59,150 bases of DNA from positions 1-59,150 of IMG/VR virus record IMGVR_UViG_3300043015_001357, one strand, 5' to 3'. This document shows, piece by piece, positions 38,172 to 47,087 of this stretch (position 1 is its first letter; every line of letters starts with the position of its first letter). Source of the stretch: a virus (taxonomy: Duplodnaviria; Caudoviricetes). Both the position numbers and the translations under genes were made by a program. The notes below the pieces were generated by a model. That model ran no database searches. It was not told the origin of the DNA and saw nothing but the letters and a program-made list of their open reading frames with translations.

Positions 38172-38431
38172 TACATACCCTTCCAAACTTTAGCAACGTC
38201 AATAACTGACTGTCCGCCGATATACATAGCAGCAATCATTGCCCAAGTGTCTGGATCGAGTGATGACCAAATAAGAAGTCCTGTCGCACAAGCAAAAACA
38301 AGAAGTTTTCGGGAAACCGCCTTGCCTAATACTGAGTCGATGAGACCTCCTTTAACATGAGAACATTCTTGATCGCAATCGTGTTCGTCAAGATGTCCGC
38401 AGTTTTCGTCATGAATGTGTTCGTTTTCCAT
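38171..38431 (-). CDS. Holin-like two-TM membrane protein with His/Cys-rich N-terminus
   Basis: SRKLLVFACATGLL...WAMIAAMYIGGQSVID; SD GGAG. Confidence 0.55.
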   Translation of the reverse strand: MENEHIHDENCGHLDEHDCDQECSHVKGGLIDSVLGKAVSRKLLVFACATGLLIWSSLDPDTWAMIAAMYIGGQSVIDVAKVWKGM

Positions 38432-38488
38432 AATGTTCTCCAAATAAAAAGACCTATTTAGATCTTACACTAAATAGGTCGTTATTTA

Positions 38489-41400
38489 CTAAATGTTTAC
38501 TTTTGCATAGCCATCAATCTTATCAATGTCTATCGTCATGTCCACCACATCTTTTAGATGGTCAAGGTGTGATATAATTAGAACAGTCTTGAATTGGTTC
38601 TTTATCATTTGAAGAAGCCTTGTAAAGCCTTCCATATGTTCTTGATCTAATGCCGTTGCCGGCTCATCAAGAATAAACAGTTCGGACTTTGGAAGATTGG
38701 TTATCGCAATCATCGCAAGACGAATAGCCATAGAAGCAATTGTCTTTTCTGCTCCTGATCCCATAGACAACGGACGAGCCGCATAGTTGGGATGTTTGAT
38801 GGACAATTCAAGTTTATTGGAATGATTCTCAAAGAATACTTCGAAGTCAACAATATTGGAGAGAACCTTGGAGATCTCTTGATTGATGATCGGCAGCTTT
38901 TGCTGAATGATTTCATATGAGATACCATTGGCATGCATACAAGTCATGTAGATATCATAAGCACGATATTCATTCATAACATCAGTAAACTCGTTTCTTT
39001 CCTCATGGATAGAGCGAATCATTTCTTTTGTTGTTGCTTCTTCAATCAGATACTCTTGTGTAAGGGCATCACACTTCTTAAGCAATACTTTGTTTTCTTT
39101 GATCTTCTTCTCAACCGCAGAGCGTTCTCCATAAAGTTGTTCTTTATTTTCGATTGCTTCACGATTATCTTCGTACTCTTTTGCTTTTGCTTCAAGATCT
39201 TCAATCTCGTTTGTCAATAGGGCAACAGTAGCTTCGTTTGTCTTGATAGACATTCTTGCACGTTCGGAGTTTCTGGAAGCGGCATCATAGTCTTCACTTA
39301 GTTCTTTGAATTTTTCAATATTTCTTTCTATGGTCTCAATGCCATAGTCTTCATATTTTTGAGTAGCCAGAGCTAAGGAATCACCAAGATTGTTCAAGAG
39401 ATTTTGATTGTAAGGAAGGTCTGCTTTTGCTTTCTCTGCATTCTTTACGAATTCGTTGTCGCAACAGAACTTACAGTCAGGGTCATATTCGTGGGTATGA
39501 AGCATAGCTGCTGTTTTGCTGAGGTTCTTAACAACAGTCTTTTGATGACGTACTTGTTGTTCAAAACCTTTTACAAGTTCTTTTTGGTGTTTTGCTTCTT
39601 TCTGTAGTTGAATAAGTCGCCCATAGTTATCATGATCAAGTTCATCATAAGCAAGAGCCATATATTTCTCAAGCTTTTGTATGTTCTCTTGATCGGAAAG
39701 GATACGAGAAAGAAGTTTAGTTTTCTTAACTCTTTTGAAAGCAATCTCTTTTTGCACAGCGAGAATATCAATAATCTCCGCAGGAATTGCGTTGATAGTT
39801 TCGTTAATCTCTGCAAGTTCAGATTCAAGTCGCTCAATAGAGCAATTGTAAATCTTGCACTTATCAATCTGCTCGTCGATATCTCGTTGAATATCTTGGA
39901 GAAGATCGTTCTTCTTCATAAGTTGTTCTTCGAACTTCTTGCTTTCCATTCGCTTAATAACACCACGGAGGTCAGCAGCATCCTTTCTAGCCAACTTATA
40001 CTTCTGGTCGAAGATTTGCAGGTCAAGAAATTTGGCTATAATCTCTTTTCTCTTGGTAGAGCCTTCTTTAAGGAACGACATAGAATCCATTTGAGAAGCC
40101 ATGGAGGTCAAAAAGAAGTCATCAATGGTTCCGAAGTGCTTACGAATGTTCGCATCAGTTTCATTACGAGTTGTGCCGTTTTTAGACTCAAAAACGCCGC
40201 CGGTTGTTTTAGTGAAGTCAAGGTCCACCTTCGCTTCAAAAGTCTCAACACCTTTGGATTTCTTAGTGTATTTATTGAGATTTCGGGTAATTTGATAAGA
40301 GTCGTTACCAGCTTCAATCTTGATCTTGCACTTAGCGTAATCTTTGTTTTGATTTACAATGTGGACATTCTTTCTTTCCCCTTTAGAAGTCGTGTTAAAA
40401 ATATTATATAACACGCTGTCGATAATAGAGGACTTTCCTGAATAGTTTTTACCAAAGATTCCGACAAGTCCGGATAGTTTTTCGAAATTAATCTTATTTT
40501 TCTCACCGTAGTTAAACAAGTTATCCCACTGGAGTTCTTTAATTTTCCAAACAACATTACGTGATACCTCCTCTGATTCTTCAACGATTTGATTGTATTT
40601 CTTGTTAAGTTCAAGGATCTTATCCATAACCTCTGGTTTGAGATTGAGATCTTTACAATACGTTCTGATATACTTCTCCTGCACTGTGATATCTCGTAGA
40701 TTCTCATTTTGAACGGCTTTACCGATAAGAGAAGTAGATGATGACTGCATTGTTCCGTTATTCACAAAAGAAACGGAATATGGTTGCCACTTTGATTGAG
40801 CATAGTCACACGCTGCTTTAAGCATCATTGGAGATACGTTAGCAGAAGAACGAATACGTAAACGACACCCTTTGGGCACAAGAGTAGCTGGAAGCTTACC
40901 TTCTGGTGTTAGATCGATAGTAATAAACGGACGAGGATTTACGATGGAGACATGTTGGCAATCCCAATCATATCTATCTCGGATATTCCACATCAAGAAT
41001 CCTTTGTTTATTGATTCCCCAAAGTTTTGTTGGATTGTGGATCCAGCATAACGGACTCGTCCTTTGAGATCCATCTTCTGTTGCTTATGAATGTCGCCAA
41101 GAAGAGCAAAGTCAAAATCATTGAATATATCAAGAGAGTCTTCACCTTCTTCAATTGTGAAGCCTTGGGAAGTTTGACATCCATGAATAGAACCGTGATA
41201 AAGAGCGATATTAATAGCCTCTCCATCAGTAGGTTTAATCCAATTTTCTCTATCAAATACTGATAGAACATTGAGAGTGATTTTTTCATTTACCTTTGTC
41301 TCTCCTGAATTCTTCAGTAGGTGAATATTGCTATGTTCCAAAGCTTCAACAATTGGAGTAATAGCGTCTTGGCGATTATCATTCTTGAGATTCCCATCGT

Positions 41401-41638
41401 GATTACCTAATATAATATAAGTAGGTGCGATCTCTGCGAGATTATACAAGAAAGACGTACACATTTGGAAAAACTCTGGTGATAGTTGAGTTTTTGTATG
41501 TGCTATATCTCCTGTATGAACAATAATGTCCGGTGACATTTGTTTAAGCTTCTTGTACATATCAGCAAAAGCCAACTTGTACTCATAGTGATATTTAAGA
41601 TTACGAATGTGTGTATCAGATATGTGTGCTATTTTCAT
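38489..41638 (-). CDS. Fused Mre11/SbcD nuclease and Rad50/SbcC ATPase (gp47-gp46 equivalent)
   Basis: HISDTH, HTGD, GNHD, LGDIH; Walker A GKNYSGKS; hook CKFC; SGAE signature; Walker B FILDEP; IISH. Confidence 0.92.
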   Translation of the reverse strand: MKIAHISDTHIRNLKYHYEYKLAFADMYKKLKQMSPDIIVHTGDIAHTKTQLSPEFFQMCTSFLYNLAEIAPTYIILGNHDGNLKNDNRQDAITPIVEALEHSNIHLLKNSGETKVNEKITLNVLSVFDRENWIKPTDGEAINIALYHGSIHGCQTSQGFTIEEGEDSLDIFNDFDFALLGDIHKQQKMDLKGRVRYAGSTIQQNFGESINKGFLMWNIRDRYDWDCQHVSIVNPRPFITIDLTPEGKLPATLVPKGCRLRIRSSANVSPMMLKAACDYAQSKWQPYSVSFVNNGTMQSSSTSLIGKAVQNENLRDITVQEKYIRTYCKDLNLKPEVMDKILELNKKYNQIVEESEEVSRNVVWKIKELQWDNLFNYGEKNKINFEKLSGLVGIFGKNYSGKSSIIDSVLYNIFNTTSKGERKNVHIVNQNKDYAKCKIKIEAGNDSYQITRNLNKYTKKSKGVETFEAKVDLDFTKTTGGVFESKNGTTRNETDANIRKHFGTIDDFFLTSMASQMDSMSFLKEGSTKRKEIIAKFLDLQIFDQKYKLARKDAADLRGVIKRMESKKFEEQLMKKNDLLQDIQRDIDEQIDKCKIYNCSIERLESELAEINETINAIPAEIIDILAVQKEIAFKRVKKTKLLSRILSDQENIQKLEKYMALAYDELDHDNYGRLIQLQKEAKHQKELVKGFEQQVRHQKTVVKNLSKTAAMLHTHEYDPDCKFCCDNEFVKNAEKAKADLPYNQNLLNNLGDSLALATQKYEDYGIETIERNIEKFKELSEDYDAASRNSERARMSIKTNEATVALLTNEIEDLEAKAKEYEDNREAIENKEQLYGERSAVEKKIKENKVLLKKCDALTQEYLIEEATTKEMIRSIHEERNEFTDVMNEYRAYDIYMTCMHANGISYEIIQQKLPIINQEISKVLSNIVDFEVFFENHSNKLELSIKHPNYAARPLSMGSGAEKTIASMAIRLAMIAITNLPKSELFILDEPATALDQEHMEGFTRLLQMIKNQFKTVLIISHLDHLKDVVDMTIDIDKIDGYAKVNI

Positions 41639-41666
41639 ATTTCCTCCTCATGATTAGCATATTTAT

Positions 41667-41694
41667 ATTATAACATGTCCTCCAGGTTTGTCAA
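41667..41694 (-). promoter_or_regulatory. Sigma70-type promoter
   Basis: TTGACA-16nt-TATAAT with extended TG. Confidence 0.8.
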
Positions 41695-41739
41695 GTATTT
41701 TTTTCTATTTATTTTATACAGGACTTGGGAGGGTTTAAT

Positions 41740-41910
41740 GTGGAACTTATTATTATTGCGGCTGGGCTTATTGTTGCTCTAGCAGGCTATGAACTACTTG
41801 AAGGTATTTTTGCCAGCGGAACTTTCAATGGAGACGATGAAGAAATTTTTTCTCCAGTTGCTATTTTTTCTTTATTGATGTTTGTAGCCAGTCTATCATA
41901 TTTTGGCTAG
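41740..41910 (+). CDS. Small two-TM membrane protein, lone plus-strand gene
   Basis: GGAGG then GTG; two hydrophobic helices flanking an acidic loop; occupies the intergenic gap. Confidence 0.5.
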   Translation: MELIIIAAGLIVALAGYELLEGIFASGTFNGDDEEIFSPVAIFSLLMFVASLSYFG

Positions 41911-42831
41911 TTGATTAAAGAAGTTGATCTCGTCAATATCAGGCTCGTAAGCAGCAGAGTATCTCTCTTGGAATTGCTCTTTGCTCATGGAACCTACGTC
42001 ATCGACATTTGTGGTATCAATAACTCTCATATCAATATCATACCTATACATTGTGCGAATCATATGCTCTTGTTTCTTTTGAGCATCTTCGTCAAGTGCT
42101 AGATATACCGGTGTATCATTGAGAACAATTGCTTGGAACAGCTTGCTTTCTTCTCGTAATGTTGAGCCGAGAATAGGTATGGCGTTCTGTCCTCCAACAA
42201 TTGCATCAAACAAACCTTCAACAAGAATGACGGGTTCATCCCAATCAACAAACAGTTCATTGAATACAACGTTCTTACTGATAGGTGGGTTGAGATATTT
42301 CATTCTGTGTCCAACATATGAACGCGCAATAAAATAATTGAGATTACCTGCGTTATTGAATGATGGCACGATAATACGGCCGCCATATCTTCCCTCGGTA
42401 CAATAGCCGATCTTCCACATCAAAATCTCACTCTTTGTGATACCTCGTTCTCTCAGATAGTCTAAAGGACGTTGAGATGACTTAGGTAAGTGTTTGTTAC
42501 ACAGAGACACAAAATGTGGTGGTAATTCAGTGACTTGTTCGATCTCTTCGTCATTCATTTCCATAAACATTTTGTCAAACTCGGACAGATCAAGACGGCC
42601 ATCTAGTTCAAGCCATTTCTGTTTCTGTTGATATGTTCCGAACTTACGAACGAGACGATATATATTTTTACCGCGTGTATCACAAACCCAACATTTAAAT
42701 GCGTTGATACCAAAGTTTACCGACATCTTCTTTTTGTGATGACCGCAAAACGGACATTGAAATAAAAACTCGTTGGATGATTGACGGTAACCTCCGAGAA
42801 TGTCTCGGATAATTCTTAATTTCTCTTCCAT
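41896..42831 (-). CDS. dnaG: DNA primase (Zn finger + TOPRIM)
   Basis: CPFC...CWVC; YLRERGI; ILVEGLFDAI; LALDED. Confidence 0.9.
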   Translation of the reverse strand: MEEKLRIIRDILGGYRQSSNEFLFQCPFCGHHKKKMSVNFGINAFKCWVCDTRGKNIYRLVRKFGTYQQKQKWLELDGRLDLSEFDKMFMEMNDEEIEQVTELPPHFVSLCNKHLPKSSQRPLDYLRERGITKSEILMWKIGYCTEGRYGGRIIVPSFNNAGNLNYFIARSYVGHRMKYLNPPISKNVVFNELFVDWDEPVILVEGLFDAIVGGQNAIPILGSTLREESKLFQAIVLNDTPVYLALDEDAQKKQEHMIRTMYRYDIDMRVIDTTNVDDVGSMSKEQFQERYSAAYEPDIDEINFFNQLAKI

Positions 42832-42855
42832 ACTCCCTCCTCAAGGATATAATAT

Positions 42856-42884
42856 ATCATAACATGAGAAGAGAAGTTTGTCAA
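42856..42884 (-). promoter_or_regulatory. Sigma70-type promoter
   Basis: TTGACA-17nt-TATGAT with extended TG. Confidence 0.8.
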
Positions 42885-43396
42885 GAATTTATTTGAGATA
42901 ATCCTGCAAGTGCTATAACAACTGCATCCGCTTTGTCATCAGTACCTGGTTTTGGGTTTCCATGTCTTGTAAGTTCATAAACAAAGTCTTTAGGATATTG
43001 AGTCTCAACCCATTCAATAATTTTCTTTTTTGTGTCTTCGCCTCTCTTGATTTTGAGACCAACTGACTTTCTTGCTTGGTTTGCTGGTATGAGAACAGGA
43101 TTGATTTTAAATATTCTCCTGACAGCAAATGAACACATACCATTGAACCTCTGAAGTTTGGCCATAGTACCAGCAGTGGTTCTACCACCTCCAAACATAG
43201 AGAATGGTTCTTCAATAAATATATGATCTATATTATGTTTCTTACTAAGAACACATAAGAACTCATAGAATATCTCTGCTCTATCTTCTAGTTGCAATGG
43301 TTTAAGTTTCATGAACTCATTTGCAATTATATTCTTATTCTCATCAAGAACACAGTATCCTATTTTACTTGTACTAATATCTAATCCTAATATCAT
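42881..43396 (-). CDS. ruvC: RuvC-like Holliday junction resolvase
   Basis: ILGLDISTSKIG, IFIEE, DDKADAVVIA. Confidence 0.85.
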   Translation of the reverse strand: MILGLDISTSKIGYCVLDENKNIIANEFMKLKPLQLEDRAEIFYEFLCVLSKKHNIDHIFIEEPFSMFGGGRTTAGTMAKLQRFNGMCSFAVRRIFKINPVLIPANQARKSVGLKIKRGEDTKKKIIEWVETQYPKDFVYELTRHGNPKPGTDDKADAVVIALAGLSQINS

Positions 43397-43414
43397 ATTA
43401 AACTCCTATTATAT

Positions 43415-43443
43415 AATATAACATGTTAACGGAACATTGTCAA
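43415..43443 (-). promoter_or_regulatory. Sigma70-type promoter
   Basis: TTGACA-17nt-TATTAT with extended TG. Confidence 0.75.
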
Positions 43444-43472
43444 GAAAATATTACTATTTTTTACACTAAAGC

Positions 43473-43889
43473 TCAATCTTTGATTTCTATGCTTTTGTTT
43501 TTTTGAACTAATTTTTTAGCCCACTCTAGATCCTTTTGGTTAGCATTTTTTAAAAAGTTATCGATAGTGCGTAAAAGACCCTGTGCTTCTTGGTTCAAGC
43601 TTTCTTTCTTTTCTGTTTCAGGTGTTTTATTTGCTATTTGTAAATCTTCCAAAGCTTTCGAATATATAATACTTTTATCAACATCCTTTGAATTTTTTAT
43701 TCCTTCTTTGGCAAATGCCGTTGCTAATTCTACAGTATCAGCAGAATATCCTTCAACACCTGCTTTAGCGGTCTTGCTTCCACCAAACATACTTCCAAGA
43801 GCCAATGCCCCACCGAGAACATAATCTCTCAATGCTTCATCTAATTGTTCTTGTCTTTTTTTGTTTTCTTTTAAGATTCTAATTTTCAT
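43473..43889 (-). CDS. Putative internal head protein with KIRI-type leader and Gly/Ala hydrophobic segment
   Basis: ATG at 43889 after GGAGAGG; MKIRILKENKKRQEQLDE-ALRDYVLGGALALGSMFGG. Confidence 0.7.
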   Translation of the reverse strand: MKIRILKENKKRQEQLDEALRDYVLGGALALGSMFGGSKTAKAGVEGYSADTVELATAFAKEGIKNSKDVDKSIIYSKALEDLQIANKTPETEKKESLNQEAQGLLRTIDNFLKNANQKDLEWAKKLVQKNKSIEIKD

Positions 43890-43905
43890 ATCAATTTCCT
43901 CTCCA

Positions 43906-45051
43906 CTAAATATCAAGTTTAAGCTTGAATGTATATTGTTTCTCCTCAGTCTTACGAACAGGGGTCGCAACTTTTGCTATACCAATAAGGTTTTTATCTT
44001 TATCATATATCGCAACCTTTGAGATGTAAGTTGTCTTTTGGAAGTCAGGCTCAACATCAAGAAAGTCAGAATGAACAATATTCTTTATCTTCTTTGGTTG
44101 TTCGATGTATTGAAGCTCTCCAGCAGTGATGCCTTGTGTATCAGAGGAATCAAAATACGTTGGGTTGTTTGAGTGATTGAGTTCTCCATATGGTGCGTGA
44201 GCAAACATTGTGAGAGTCTGAGTGTGTGTTGTGCCTTTATAATCCATTGAGAACGAAGCGGACAAAGTTGATGAAGCAGGAGAATTGCCATCATTAGCTC
44301 CATAATTGAAGTGAAGCCACTTGGAAGGACCGGTTACATCTGTCTCAATAGAATTGGAATCCAAGTCCCAAGACCCCGTCAATACAATGAGTCCTTCGCG
44401 ATACAAACAAACACCAGCAACAGATCCAGATCCGGTTGAACCTTCAGGGCCAACTTGAACTAACTCGCCGTTATAGTTTTTATCTTGTAGTTCTCCGACC
44501 AATGTCCCAGAGACATAATACTTGAGAGACATTGAACCTTTCTTTATCTTTGAACCATACATGATTGATGGTATGGAAATCAAGTTGATATCTTGGGAGT
44601 CTTTGTCTCCAAAACTTGAAGAATATTGATAGTGGGGGGAGTGTATAGCATATTCATTTAGAACGTTTTTTAGAGCCAAAACTCTTGGTCTTTCGGCAGA
44701 ATTTACATAATAACGAGAGATAGATGCGGATAGGTTGTATGCACCACTGTCAACATCACCAAATAAGAAAGATGTGTTATATGTTGTCTTGCTTGTTGTT
44801 TTGAATGAAACCCTATGACCATCTTTCTCAATGAATGGATATATCTGGCTACCTGCTGGTCTATCGATGTTATATTCATACAAGGATATATACCCCTTTG
44901 GAACACCGGTGATGTGGTCGGTGTTGGCTCCGGAGAGATGTGGAGTTGAGTTGATATATATAGACCCGCTCTGAACATAGAAACTATATTCGGGATATGC
45001 TTCTATTGTGTTCGTGAACAGGTCATCTTGATCAAATTTGTACAATGACAT
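43906..45051 (-). CDS. Baseplate/tail structural protein
   Basis: C-terminus YISKVAIYDKDKNLIGIAKVATPVRK-FKLKLD; paralog of the next gene. Confidence 0.7.
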   Translation of the reverse strand: MSLYKFDQDDLFTNTIEAYPEYSFYVQSGSIYINSTPHLSGANTDHITGVPKGYISLYEYNIDRPAGSQIYPFIEKDGHRVSFKTTSKTTYNTSFLFGDVDSGAYNLSASISRYYVNSAERPRVLALKNVLNEYAIHSPHYQYSSSFGDKDSQDINLISIPSIMYGSKIKKGSMSLKYYVSGTLVGELQDKNYNGELVQVGPEGSTGSGSVAGVCLYREGLIVLTGSWDLDSNSIETDVTGPSKWLHFNYGANDGNSPASSTLSASFSMDYKGTTHTQTLTMFAHAPYGELNHSNNPTYFDSSDTQGITAGELQYIEQPKKIKNIVHSDFLDVEPDFQKTTYISKVAIYDKDKNLIGIAKVATPVRKTEEKQYTFKLKLDI

Positions 45052-45060
45052 GAGTACCTC

Positions 45061-46125
45061 CTAGTAGTCTAGGCGAACTCTGATTGTGAATTCTGTATCT
45101 GAAGTCTTCTTAAGAGGCTCGCTGAGCTTTGCTGTTGCAAGAAGCTCATTATTGTCGTTGTATAGTCCAACTGTTGTGATATAAGAAACAGGGAGGTCGG
45201 ATGCTTGAGTCTTAACTCGGATCTTACTTCCGCTGAGATAAGTTGGGTTTGTTGAGTAGTTGAACTCGTTGTGGTTAATACGACAGAAGTAAACAGAAGA
45301 GTTAAGTTCAACTGTGTTGTTGAACTGGAGATTATAAATTCTGTGTCTCAAAGCATTTGCGATATTTGGAATGGTTGAACCTGTGAGAATAGTTTCTATA
45401 TCTTCACCTGAGGAATTCATCACGCATTGCGCATCAAGAAGCCCACCAGAAGCAGCATCATGAAAAACAGAAGCAGTTAAAACACAAACACCTGCTTGAT
45501 AAAAGATAAGACCACATTTTGCTTCATCACCGCTCAATGGGCTGTTTGTATCGTTTGTCGCATACAGAACCCCATATTCTCCAACAGGTGAGTTAACGAG
45601 GTATCCATCCGAACCAGAAGTATCTTGGATAAGAATTCTGTCATCCATTGCAGATGCATATACTGGGTCAACTCCGAGAGTTAATGCGAATGTTCCTTTC
45701 TTGATTTCATCTTTTGTAAGCAAACGAGCAAAGTTAAGGAAAACTGCATCGTTAATCTTGTTTCCACCTGCAAGGATATCTCCATCTTCGTCAAATGCTT
45801 GGATAGAACCTGTGTGGTCATAACCAACAAGAACTTGAGCCATTTGGTTATAGATGTTAAGTTTCTTTGTCGCTTGTTCTTCAACAGTCAAAGATGAACC
45901 TGCTCCAATGCCAACTGTGATATCAAACACATGGTTTGCGGATGAACTGAGATAAGGATAGTCATATACGGACTGAAACATTTCGTGAGCGTAATCTTTG
46001 ATATTATCGTCTCCATATGTTCCAGAGATAATTGTCCCTGTTAACGGAATAGCTTCATGAAGAAGTGTTCTCGTTGCTACAACATCTTTTCCGATGTCTA
46101 ATGATTTGTAAAAACTTTCTGCCAT
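45061..46125 (-). CDS. Baseplate/tail structural protein
   Basis: EFNYSTNPT, YITTVGLYNDNNELLATAKLSEPLKK-IRVRLDY. Confidence 0.7.
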   Translation of the reverse strand: MAESFYKSLDIGKDVVATRTLLHEAIPLTGTIISGTYGDDNIKDYAHEMFQSVYDYPYLSSSANHVFDITVGIGAGSSLTVEEQATKKLNIYNQMAQVLVGYDHTGSIQAFDEDGDILAGGNKINDAVFLNFARLLTKDEIKKGTFALTLGVDPVYASAMDDRILIQDTSGSDGYLVNSPVGEYGVLYATNDTNSPLSGDEAKCGLIFYQAGVCVLTASVFHDAASGGLLDAQCVMNSSGEDIETILTGSTIPNIANALRHRIYNLQFNNTVELNSSVYFCRINHNEFNYSTNPTYLSGSKIRVKTQASDLPVSYITTVGLYNDNNELLATAKLSEPLKKTSDTEFTIRVRLDY

Positions 46126-46135
46126 TTTATTCTCT

Positions 46136-47053
46136 CTATGTTAAAATTGATTTGACGTAACGAACAGGAATATCAACTGAGTATCCTGTTTTCATACCTG
46201 TGACTCGTACAATTGAGTCGATGTGGCGAACATTTTGCCCTTCAAGTGTTGATGTACCACCAAGTTGCGAGAAGAGATAAGTTCCTGTATTAAGGTCAAT
46301 TGAAGAAGCAATCTTGAATTCCAAACGCGTTCCACGAGGACCTCCGATGGTTTGTGTTTGAGCATTGCTGTCATCTGTGATCTGTGTAACGAGACCAACG
46401 TCAACTGTATAGAATGCAACATTATCATCATCGATATAATCTTCTGGTACAAGGTCTCCATCTTTGGTCGCAATCTTTCCGAGACGGTTATCGATTTGGA
46501 TGACGTATGAGTCTTCGATAAGGTCTGGATCAAGTGTTTGTTTAGGTGAGATCTCATCTGAGTCTAAACCTTGGTCAAGACGAATAAAGTTATCACCTGT
46601 TAGAGACTCTCCGAACAACACACCAGCAACAGGAGTATCGCCGTTATATCCAACAGCATAATTGTTATTGTTATTTGTTGTCCCTTCTGTTTCTGAGTCA
46701 ACAGCAACCATGAACGAGCCTGACTCGTGCATCTTAGTTGTATTTGCTTGTTGATTAAGCTTCACAACTGGAAGATACAAAAGGTTCATTGAGCTATAAG
46801 AAATAAGCTTGGTCTTAACTGAACCTGCATTGTCTGTAAACGCTTCCAAAATTGGTGTTTGTAGAATGCTGATATCATAATAAGCTGAACCGCTTGCATG
46901 GTTAATGTCATACTGAGTGTAGTTAATTTCTTCATCTCCAAGAGCGAACTTTGTGATTTGAAAAGAGCCATCGCCCTTTGCTAATAGTTTTCTACCGTGA
47001 TCTGTTAATACGGCATCTAATATAATGTCGCCGCTATTGTCAAGGAATCCCAT
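46136..47053 (-). CDS. Baseplate/tail structural protein
   Basis: DIILDAVLTDHGRKLLAKG-FQITKFALGDEEINY; ACTACTTA motif at 47078-47085. Confidence 0.7.
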   Translation of the reverse strand: MGFLDNSGDIILDAVLTDHGRKLLAKGDGSFQITKFALGDEEINYTQYDINHASGSAYYDISILQTPILEAFTDNAGSVKTKLISYSSMNLLYLPVVKLNQQANTTKMHESGSFMVAVDSETEGTTNNNNNYAVGYNGDTPVAGVLFGESLTGDNFIRLDQGLDSDEISPKQTLDPDLIEDSYVIQIDNRLGKIATKDGDLVPEDYIDDDNVAFYTVDVGLVTQITDDSNAQTQTIGGPRGTRLEFKIASSIDLNTGTYLFSQLGGTSTLEGQNVRHIDSIVRVTGMKTGYSVDIPVRYVKSILT

Positions 47054-47087
47054 AAATTTCTCCTAAAATATTCATAATAAGTAGTTT

